Shown in pieces: positions 30,344-38,243 of a stretch of DNA of 64,000 nucleotides; within the stretch, counting starts at the first letter, position 1; each line of letters opens with the position of its first letter. The DNA lies in the NCBI GenBank assembly GCA_963665325.3, contig OZ224045.1:2304001-2368000 (forward strand), read 5' to 3'. Source of the stretch: Alphaproteobacteria bacterium. Its GTDB lineage: Bacteria > Pseudomonadota > Alphaproteobacteria > Bin95. Below the pieces are notes generated by a model. The model was not told the origin of the DNA. It was given only the letters and a program-made list of their open reading frames with translations, and searched no databases. The position numbers and the translations under genes are program-made.

Positions 30344-31815
30344 GGCGCATCTCCCCGATCTTCGTCCTCGCCCGGACCGGGCGTCTTGTCATGGGGCAGC
30401 CAGGCCGGCGGCAGGCCGGTTGCGGCCTGGGCGTCGAGCATGCCCTTGAGCAGCGGCGGAAGTTCCCCCGTCCCCGCGCCGCCATTGCCATCGTTGCCGC
30501 CGGGGCCGGCGGGACGGCGCACGCCATCGGCGTTGCCGCGCTTGTCGAGGGGGTACAGCGTGCACAGGCGCTCGCCGCCTCGACCGTCGATCAGATCGAC
30601 GCTGGCGAGGTTCCAGCGCGCGTAACGGATCCAGGCCTCGCGCAGGTGGCGCCACGGCTGTGGCACCTGGTAGCGGATGCCCTCGACCGAGACGGTGCCG
30701 TCCGAGCGCCTGAGCGTGCGCTTCCTGGTGATGCGGAAGGCCGCCTTGAGCTCGGCCGAGCCGGGGCAGGATCTCGACGCGTCGACGCTCCCGGCCAGGC
30801 GTTGATGCGGCGTCATGCCGAGCTCGCGGTGCTTGCGGCGGTGATAGTCCTGCTCCAGCCAGGCGATGGTGGCGTCGTTGAGCATCTTCAAGGTAAGCGC
30901 GTCGACGCCTTCGAGCTGAGCCATCAGGCGCGATTCGACCGTGCCCCAGAACGACTCGATCTTGCCGTTCTGATGGGGGCTGTAAGCGAGCGTCGTGACC
31001 CCCGCGATGCCGAGCCGGTGCAACCCCTCCTCGACCTCGCCCGCGGTCATCGCCGCGCCGTTGTCGGTCAGCAGGGACCTCGGCAGACCGCGCTTCATGA
31101 AGGCCTGGCAAAGGCCGTGGACGAACACCTCGGCGGTCTCGGCGAGGTACCACTGAAGGTGGCAGCCGAGGCGCGAGTGGTCGTCGAGGAAGCCGAGCAG
31201 GATCGGCGTCTTCCACTCGCCCGAGGCGGTCAGCACGCGACGCTTGGCGCTGTGCATGTCGGCGTGCCACAGGGCGTGAGAGCGCGAGACCTCGTAGCTC
31301 AATACCTCGCGGGCTTCGACCGCCGGCCTGGCCTCGCTCTCATGCCACTTGCGCCGGCGCTTGCGTACCAGCCCGCGAGCCCGCATCGCCCGGGTCAGCG
31401 TCGCGTAGGACGGTATCGGGCCGAGCTCGGGATCGGCCTCGACCCGCGCGGCCAGATTCTCGTGATGAAGCTGCGCCGACCACGACGGATGCGCCCGGTA
31501 CTGCTCGTGCAGCGCCTCGATCAGCGTCGGCGACATCGCGCGCGGGCGCCCGGCATCGGCGCGCGGGCGCCGCTTGAGCGCCCCCACCGGATCGTTGTCC
31601 GCCGCCCGCGCCTGGTAGTACCAGCGCTCGATCGTGGACACCGCGAAGCGCACCCGGCCCTTGCCGGACGGGTGATCCCACTCGCGTTCGGCAAGCCGCT
31701 CAAGCTCGGCGTGCAGCCGCCCCGCCGGCGGCGGCGAGGCCAGAAGCGGCCCGACCACCGCGAAGCGCAACCGCGCCCACCGGTCGCGACGCTCGCTCCC
31801 GTCGTTGCTGTTCAT
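30340..31815 (-). CDS. DDE (rve) transposase with HTH and Mu-like C-terminus
   Basis: LWHADMH, FLDDHSR, LTDNG, NGKIESFW. Confidence 0.9.
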   Translation of the reverse strand: MNSNDGSERRDRWARLRFAVVGPLLASPPPAGRLHAELERLAEREWDHPSGKGRVRFAVSTIERWYYQARAADNDPVGALKRRPRADAGRPRAMSPTLIEALHEQYRAHPSWSAQLHHENLAARVEADPELGPIPSYATLTRAMRARGLVRKRRRKWHESEARPAVEAREVLSYEVSRSHALWHADMHSAKRRVLTASGEWKTPILLGFLDDHSRLGCHLQWYLAETAEVFVHGLCQAFMKRGLPRSLLTDNGAAMTAGEVEEGLHRLGIAGVTTLAYSPHQNGKIESFWGTVESRLMAQLEGVDALTLKMLNDATIAWLEQDYHRRKHRELGMTPHQRLAGSVDASRSCPGSAELKAAFRITRKRTLRRSDGTVSVEGIRYQVPQPWRHLREAWIRYARWNLASVDLIDGRGGERLCTLYPLDKRGNADGVRRPAGPGGNDGNGGAGTGELPPLLKGMLDAQAATGLPPAWLPHDKTPGPGEDEDRGDAP

Positions 31816-31863
31816 TCCGGCATCCCCCTCGCTGCTTCGTGGAGGTGCCGATGATGCGGTGCC

Positions 31864-32478
31864 CTATCCGTGCATCATAGAAACGCTTTCTGCGGGCGAA
31901 GCCGGACCTGCGCCGAGCGCGCAAAAGCCGGTCCACGGCATCAGCCAGACCAGGCTCCGCAGCAGCCGCGAGCGGAAGCCACGGCCCCGCATGATGCGCA
32001 GCAGCCGGCGCAGCGGCGCCTCTTCGGGCGGCGCCGCCAGCTCGCCCCGTCTCGCCTGCCACTCCCGGGTCAGCGGGAAGGCTTCCAGCCACCAGCGCCG
32101 CCAGCGCTTCAGCGTCGAGGCCGGAACCCCGCACCGCCGCGCGATCGTCTGCAACCGCGCGCCGCCGGCCACAGCCAGCGCACTCACCACAAGGAACAGC
32201 GCCCCGACGTAAAAGCGCCTGCCGAAGAAACGCACCGACGGCGGCTTCACGCGGCGTCGGCACACCGAACAGCACAGGCTGAAGCGCCGAACGTCGTTCC
32301 GAAGATTCGCCGCCAGACCGTGCGGCTTGCGCGGGTAGCTCGCGCTGTGAAGCGCGCCGCCGCAGCGCGGGCAACCCGCCGCCCGGCACGCCTCCGCCTC
32401 GGCCGCGTCGACCTGCTTCAGAAAATCCCAAACCCGGGCGTTGGAGAGATTGGAGTGCCGGAACAGCTTGTGCGACAT
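31864..32478 (-). CDS. Zn-ribbon + HTH accessory protein of the transposon
   Basis: CPRCGG...YPRKP...CCSVCRRR...PPSVRF...STLKRWRRWW. Confidence 0.75.
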   Translation of the reverse strand: MSHKLFRHSNLSNARVWDFLKQVDAAEAEACRAAGCPRCGGALHSASYPRKPHGLAANLRNDVRRFSLCCSVCRRRVKPPSVRFFGRRFYVGALFLVVSALAVAGGARLQTIARRCGVPASTLKRWRRWWLEAFPLTREWQARRGELAAPPEEAPLRRLLRIMRGRGFRSRLLRSLVWLMPWTGFCALGAGPASPAESVSMMHG

Positions 32479-33554
32479 TGGGGCCGTCTCAGGTTGATGT
32501 CACTGTCACCGAGACAAGCCCTCCGGCGGCCTTCTTGCAAGATCGCCGGGGGGCACCCAATCCAAAACCTCGATTAATCCGAGCCGATCAGCCCCTGATC
32601 GCCGCTGAAAGCCTGCGCCCGCTCACCTTGAGCTTGCGGCGACGTCGGATGCGATGGCGGTGCGCACGACCTCGGAGGAGGTGCGCGGCAGCCGCGGCAG
32701 CCTTGCGGCCTCGGAGGCCGACGTGACGCGGTTGCGTGTGGGCCTGGAGGGTGCGTGGCGCGGTCCGGAAACGGAAGGCGGCGGCTCGTTCGTGCCGAGC
32801 GTCGAGATCGGGATGCGCCATGACGGCGGCGATGCGGAGACGGGCTTCGGCGCGGACATCGGCGCGGGCCTTGCGTGGACGGACCCGGGTCTGGGGATCG
32901 AGGCGCAGCTGAGCGCGCGGGGTCTTCTGACGCATGAGGACGGGGACTTCGGCGACCGCGGGTTTGCGGGTTCGCTGGCCTGGGACCCGGAGCCTTCGTC
33001 CGACCGGGGTCCGTCGCTGACGCTGAGCCAGACGGTGGGCGGGTCCGCGACGGGTGGTGTGGACGCGCTGCTGCGCCCCGATACCGTGCGTCTGTTCGAG
33101 GCGGCCAAAGACGACGACGATGAGCTTGACCGACGGCGTTTCGAGGCGCGGCTCGGCTACGGCTGGCCTTCGTTCGGCGGTCGCTACACGACGGTACCGG
33201 CGATCGGGTTCGGGCTGACGGAGGCAACCCGGGAATACATCCACTCCTGGCGCCTGGCGGAGGCGGGGAGCGCGGGTCTGAAGCTCGGGCTCGACGTGGA
33301 GGCGGTACGGCTGGAGCGCGTGACGGGTGATGCTGCGCCGGAGCACCGGCTGGTGCTGGGGCTCGGCTGGCGGCTCGAGGGCGTGCAGGCGGTTGCGTTC
33401 GAGACCCGTCTCGAGGCCTCGCGCCACGAAGCCGCCAACGAGAACGCCGAGCACCGCATCGGCCTCACCATGACCGCGCGATGGTAGAGGGGGTGCGGGA
33501 ATTGTCCGCAACGTCCCGCACTGTCGTGTGCGCCATGCCAGGGGGAGGATCCCG

Positions 33555-34301
33555 ATGAGGTTTGCGATAGCGTTTGCGCTCGCCGCCGCGATGGCGTGCG
33601 CGGTGGCCGCCGATGCCGGGGCGCAGACGGCGGAGCCGTCGGCCGGTGTGAAGGAGGCGGTGCGGGAGATCGTGCGCGAGTATCTGCTGGAGCACCCGGA
33701 GGTGATCGAGCAGGCGATGATCGCGCTCAACGCGAAGCGGCGGGAGGAGAAGCGTGCGCGCGAGCGGGCCGCGCTCGCGGACAACCGCGCGGCCCTGACG
33801 GAGCACCCGCTGTCGCCGGTCTCGGGGAACCCCGACGGCGGGGTCACGCTGGTCGAGTTCTTCGATTATCAGTGCGGCTACTGCAAGCGTTCGCTCGGGC
33901 CGGTGATGGATCTGCTCGAGAGCGAAGGCGGGCTTCGCATCGTGTGGAAGGAGCTGCCGGTGCTCGGGCCCGTGTCGCGGTATGCCGCGCGCGCCGCGAT
34001 GGCGGCGCACCGGCAGGGGCTGTATCTCGAATACCACACCGCCATGATGGGCGCCGCGGGCAAGCTGAGCGAAGAGCGGGCGATGGAGATCGCCGGGCAA
34101 GTCGGGCTCGATGTCGAGCGCCTTCGCCGGGACATGGCCGACCCGGCGATCGAGGCCTATCTCGACGAGACGCACCGCCTTGCCCGGGATCTCGGGATCG
34201 ACGGGACGCCGGCGTTCGTGATCGGCGAGGTGCTGGTGCCGGGGGCGGTGGGCAGCGCGCGGCTGAAGGAGCTTATCGCCGAGGCCGCGAACGCCGGCTG
34301 A
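33555..34301 (+). CDS. dsbA: DsbA family thiol-disulfide oxidoreductase
   Basis: Signal peptide, YLLEHPEVI, VEFFDYQCGYCK, KELPVLG, GTPAFVIG. Confidence 0.92.
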   Translation: MRFAIAFALAAAMACAVAADAGAQTAEPSAGVKEAVREIVREYLLEHPEVIEQAMIALNAKRREEKRARERAALADNRAALTEHPLSPVSGNPDGGVTLVEFFDYQCGYCKRSLGPVMDLLESEGGLRIVWKELPVLGPVSRYAARAAMAAHRQGLYLEYHTAMMGAAGKLSEERAMEIAGQVGLDVERLRRDMADPAIEAYLDETHRLARDLGIDGTPAFVIGEVLVPGAVGSARLKELIAEAANAG

Positions 34302-34304
34302 GCG

Positions 34305-34367
34305 ATGGGACGCCGGAAGATCGCGCCGGACACGGCCTTGCGCCTGGAGCGCGCGCCGGGGTTGCCG
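34305..34367 (+). pseudogene. HigA-type antitoxin fragment
   Basis: GRRKIAPDTALRLERA. Confidence 0.5.
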
Positions 34368-34693
34368 ATTGTCATGACAATCGGGTTGGCACAGGTTTCG
34401 TTCTCGAAAACACGGTCGGCCGATGACGGTCGCGTTCGGCGGGGGCAAGGGAGTTGTCGATATCGAGGAGCTTGCGGGTGAGGCGGTCGATACGGTCGCG
34501 AAGTTCTTTTGCGCAGAGATCGGGCGGAGCTTGTTCTGCTCGACCGGTCGGGGGCAGCGGAAGGGGCCCGTGCGTGGACGGATATGCGCGGGAAGGGAGG
34601 AGCGGCACGGTCTTCGCGTTGACGGCCGGGGAGGGTCGGACCGAAATTGCCGTTTGGATTGTCCGGGCGATGACGGCCGGGGTTGGAACGGGT

Positions 34694-34918
34694 TCAGCGG
34701 ATGGAGACGAAGTCGTCTGTGCTGAGTCCGACCTGGCGGACGATCTGGTGAAGGAGATAGGGAGGCAGATCGCCGGAGCCGTGAACGGGAACGGTGGTGG
34801 CGCGGCCGTCGGGGTGACGGAACCGCTTGTGGGAGCCGCGCTAGCGAACCTCGCGGAAGCCGAGCGCGGTGAGGATCGCGATGACCTCGCTAGGCCCCAG
34901 CGTCGGGGTGCTGGCCAT
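34694..34918 (-). pseudogene. hicA: HicA toxin with an internal stop codon
   Basis: EVIAILTALGFREVR*RGSHKRFRHPDGRATTVPVH; TAG at 34843-34841. Confidence 0.87.
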
Positions 34919-34923
34919 GGCGG

Positions 34924-35130
34924 TCAGACGTGGACGGTGTGGGTACCGACGAATTCGGTTTGCGGTTCGCTGTCCTCGTCCTTGAGGATGAGCGTGATGA
35001 CCTCGATCAGGTGGTCGTGGAGCTGGTCGAGGGTGTCGGCGTGGGTATGGGCGCCGGGGAGCGCGGGGACATGGCCGACATATTGCCCGGTGACGGCGCA
35101 CCGTTCGATGATGGCGGTGAAAGTGCGCAT
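34924..35130 (-). CDS. hicB: HicB antitoxin (short)
   Basis: MRTFTAIIER...YVGHVPALPGAHTHADTLDQL. Confidence 0.85.
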   Translation of the reverse strand: MRTFTAIIERCAVTGQYVGHVPALPGAHTHADTLDQLHDHLIEVITLILKDEDSEPQTEFVGTHTVHV

Positions 35131-35501
35131 GCGGCGCGTTCCTTTCGTTGCAGGGTCGAGTGTACGAGTTGCTCGAATTCGCGCAAGGGTATCGGGTGAG
35201 CGGGCAAGCGTGGACGGGCCGGAGGCCGCGGAGAAGCTGGAGGCGAGGATTGCGGAGTTGGAGGCAATGAGGGCCAGCGCTGCGGCGATGTACGAGGAAG
35301 AGACCGGGGAGGTGTGGGCGGCCGGGTGAGTCCCATGTGTCGGCGGACCGTTTGAAGGCAGCGCTTCCAACCGCGCAATCGATGTGGTTTCCGGGGCGGG
35401 ACCTGTCAACGGACGAATGCTCGGGCCGGTTACTGGATGTTGGACAGCGTCGCCGGGCCAGGTTTATGAAATACTTCGCAGGTACTCGGGAGAAAACGGT
35501 G

Positions 35502-35780
35502 ATGGCGTCAAGGCGGGATCTGGTGATTCGAGTGCGGGAGAAGCTCGATATTACGAACGTGGCGGCTCAGCGGGTCGTGACCGCAGTGGTCGAAGCGCAG
35601 ACGGAACTGCTGGTGGAACGGGAGAGATTACAGGTCAGGGGATTGGGATCGTTCCAGGTGATCGATCATCCCGAAAGACGGGCCCAAAATCCGCATACGC
35701 GTGAGCCGGTCGTGGTCCCGGCCGGCAAGCGGGTGAAGTTCAACGCCTCGAACTCTTTGAGACGTGCGCTCTCCCCATAG
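35502..35780 (+). CDS. Divergent HU/IHF family protein
   Basis: LQVRGLGSF...RRAQNPHTREPVVVPAGKRVKFNAS. Confidence 0.85.
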   Translation: MASRRDLVIRVREKLDITNVAAQRVVTAVVEAQTELLVERERLQVRGLGSFQVIDHPERRAQNPHTREPVVVPAGKRVKFNASNSLRRALSP

Positions 35781-36027
35781 GGATCGGGAGGGGCTCGGGC
35801 CGGGAGGTCGGCTGCAAGGAACTTTTCGTCGATTCGAGGAGCGCCAGGACGTTCGGGCGTATACGCATTTTCGGCTTGCCCGGTTCGTCGCCCGCGGAAA
35901 GCTCTATGGCATCCAGCAGCCGGGATAGCTGGTGGGCGGCCCTGAGCCGTGCGTAGGGGTGAGAGCTTTCCGTTTCTTCGCGGAGCTCGGTCGCCTTCGC
36001 CAGCAGGGCGGGTTTGAGGTCTTCGGA

Positions 36028-36351
36028 TTGCTCGCAGTGTTCTGCATCCTGAGCTGGCGCGTGTTCTGGTTGACGATGCTCAATCGGACCGAGCCAGACC
36101 TCGAACCGGCTCTCGTGCTGACTGAAATCGAAATCGAGGTGTTCGATCACCTGATCCCGGATCCTGCCGCCGATCCTTCGCCGGCCAGGACGCTCTCGCT
36201 CTATCTCATCAAGATCGCCAAGCTCGGCGGCTATCTCGCCCGGGCCAAGAATCCGCCCCCAGGCAACATCGTCATGTGGCGAGGTCTCTCCCGGTTGAAC
36301 GACATCGCACTTGGTGCCGCCTTGCAAATCAATAATGCAGGTAACTGAAAG
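36028..36351 (+). pseudogene. IS4 family (Tn5-like) transposase C-terminal fragment with right end
   Basis: AVFCILSWRVFWLT...IAKLGGYLARAKNPPPGNIVMWRGLSRL; ends GGTAACTGAAAG. Confidence 0.8.
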
Positions 36352-36365
36352 CCTCGCCGGATGCA

Positions 36366-36430
36366 TACCCAGCGCTTGAGCATATAGTCCATGGCCTTGG
36401 CGACGGGGGAATGGCGCGACAGCCCGGCGC
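36366..36430 (-). pseudogene. IS66 transposase fragment
   Basis: LSRHSPVAKAMDYMLKRW. Confidence 0.62.
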
Positions 36431-36560
36431 TTGGAAGCTGAGCGCGGTCGAGGAGGGCGAGGCGGGGAGCCGTCAAAGCGGCGAGTGCGGTAAATGGGGG
36501 AAGCGAATTCGGCCGGGACGGAGGAGGTCGACCGCGAGAGGCGAACAGGTGTGGACAGGA

Positions 36561-37568
36561 TCAGTCGCTGTTGTTCTGGTCTATCCAGGAAAGGAACTGA
36601 TCTTGTTCGTCAGCCGATGCATTCGACCAAAGGCGTTTCATGCGATCGAGTTTGGTGGGGGGCGCGGCGCCGGGGTCTGAATTGAGGACGGTGGATAGCC
36701 TTTGCGGGGGCGTGTCGCTTTCACGGATGCTTGCTAGAACCTGACGTTGATCGGCTTCAGGCATACCGGAGAGACGGTATAGGTCTCCCTCGCGCTGCGC
36801 GATCGGGGTGTCCGCGAGCGCGTCCTGCAGTTCGGGCAGGATATTCGCGGCGATACGGACGGCGCGTTGTATGGTGCGGGCAGACCAGGGTGTGGAATGC
36901 GTGGTGTCGTCGACGAAGCTGGGCGAGCGCGACTGGTCGTGGAGATCATGTCGCAATGTTTGCGGGTTGGTTTCGGCGGCGGCGTCAGGACCAAGTCGCA
37001 ATGTTTGCGGGTTGGTGCTGTCGAGATATGCTTGGCTTCGACGATCGCCGCCGTGGCGGGTGTCGGGATGAATCCTCTCGTAGAGTTCCTTTCGGCGTTC
37101 GAGAGACCGGGCGCGATCCAACGCTGTCAACTCGGCGCGCATCAGATTCTCGTCGAGTTCGATCAGGCGGATTTCGTCTGGGGTGAATTCGTCGAGGACA
37201 AGGGCTTCGATCCGGGGCCATTTGAGCTCGCGGGCGGCAGCCAGCCGGTGGGCTCCGGCGACCAGCGCGAAGCCCCCGAGGTCGGGGCCGTCATAGACGC
37301 CGGATTCAGGGTTGAGCTCGCGATTGTGGCGGACGAGTACAGGCGACTGGAGACCGCTGGCCTTCATCGATAGGACGAGCTGTTTTACGGTCGTTTCGTC
37401 GATCGAACGAAAGCGGTCGATGATTGCAATATCTTCTACTTCGATGGGATAGGTTTGGCGCTGATATGAGAGGTCTTCGGATGGCGAAGGGGTAGCGCTG
37501 GCGTTTGAGACGGCGCGGCCGCGGGATTGGCGGACGGCGCCGGTGAGTGAGGAAGGCTTGTTGTTCAT
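36561..37568 (-). CDS. parB: ParB-like partition protein
   Basis: SMKASGLQSPVLVR...LVAGAHRLAA...ELDENLMRAEL...HGGDRRS. Confidence 0.85.
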   Translation of the reverse strand: MNNKPSSLTGAVRQSRGRAVSNASATPSPSEDLSYQRQTYPIEVEDIAIIDRFRSIDETTVKQLVLSMKASGLQSPVLVRHNRELNPESGVYDGPDLGGFALVAGAHRLAAARELKWPRIEALVLDEFTPDEIRLIELDENLMRAELTALDRARSLERRKELYERIHPDTRHGGDRRSQAYLDSTNPQTLRLGPDAAAETNPQTLRHDLHDQSRSPSFVDDTTHSTPWSARTIQRAVRIAANILPELQDALADTPIAQREGDLYRLSGMPEADQRQVLASIRESDTPPQRLSTVLNSDPGAAPPTKLDRMKRLWSNASADEQDQFLSWIDQNNSD

Positions 37569-37580
37569 GCTTAGTTCTCC

Positions 37581-38243
37581 TCAGGCTGCGCTGGGTCGGG
37601 CCGGGGTAACGTATGGGTCTGGCAAGGAGATGATGGCGGCCTCCAGCGCGTGGACCTCCGCCGCGGCCTTGCCGTGAGGGTCGAACTCGGTGACTGCTCG
37701 ACCGGAATTGATGGAACGGGTAAATGCGGACCGTTGGGCGATTGACACCGGCGCGACCGGAAGGCCTTCGGCGGCGATGATTTCCCGGGCTTCTAGCGGA
37801 AGCTTTCGCGCGGTGGGAGGGACCGCGTTGAGCACGACGAGTGGTGTCGTGTTTGTGAGCTTGGCGATGTCGGCGCTTGCGCGTATGGCGACAATGTCGA
37901 ACATGGCCGGACGGCACGGGATGAGCACAAGGTCGGCGAGGCGGGCCGCCACAAGGGCGCCGCCGTCAGCGTGGGCGGCCGTGTCAATGATGACCAGAGT
38001 TGCGTGCCTGCGCTGGGCGCGTTCGATTTCCTGAGGCAGACGCACCGGGGGAGAGGATCGGACCTCGGGGTCGGCGTTTGCCCGTAAGTCTCCCCAGATT
38101 GTTGCGGAAGCCTGGGGGTCGGTATCAAGCAGGATCGTCTTGCGACCTGCGGCCGCGGCAGCAACCGAGAGGTTGACGGCGAGGGTAGTCTTTCCGGCGC
38201 CGCCTTTCTGACTGACAATGGCGATGATGTTGATTTCGTTCAT
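37581..38243 (-). CDS. parA: ParA family ATPase (short type, no N-terminal HTH)
   Basis: SQKGGAGKTT, DTDPQAS, IIDT, DLVLIPCRP. Confidence 0.92.
   Translation of the reverse strand: MNEINIIAIVSQKGGAGKTTLAVNLSVAAAAAGRKTILLDTDPQASATIWGDLRANADPEVRSSPPVRLPQEIERAQRRHATLVIIDTAAHADGGALVAARLADLVLIPCRPAMFDIVAIRASADIAKLTNTTPLVVLNAVPPTARKLPLEAREIIAAEGLPVAPVSIAQRSAFTRSINSGRAVTEFDPHGKAAAEVHALEAAIISLPDPYVTPARPSAA

Larger units (their letters stand above)
28242..32625 (-). mobile_element. Four-gene DDE transposon (4384 bp) with CCTT target-site duplication
   Basis: CCTT at 28238-28241 and 32626-32629; ends TGAG...CTCA with a 13/21 imperfect inverted repeat; interrupts the barrel codons exactly. Confidence 0.9.
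21891..33487 (+). pseudogene. Surface/autotransporter-like protein, copy 4 (two SRCR domains, cadherin-like repeats, Calx-beta, barrel B), split by a transposon
   Basis: Joining 21891-28241 to 32630-33487 restores GGLELAATSDAMAVR and an ORF of about 2400 aa. Confidence 0.9.

Noticed and set aside
29514-30527. N-terminal half of the 670-aa ORF 28515-30527
   Set aside because: It overlaps the ExeA gene in another frame; the real start is the GTG at 29513.
1-33487. Diversity-generating retroelement or shufflon as the cause of adhesin variation
   Set aside because: There is no reverse transcriptase and no adenine-specific TR/VR pair. All copies are in direct orientation, and the only site-specific recombinase is truncated.
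34372-36027. Short ORF pieces at 34372-34630, 35190-35329 and 35780-36027
   Set aside because: They look like gene debris, but I could not assign a family.
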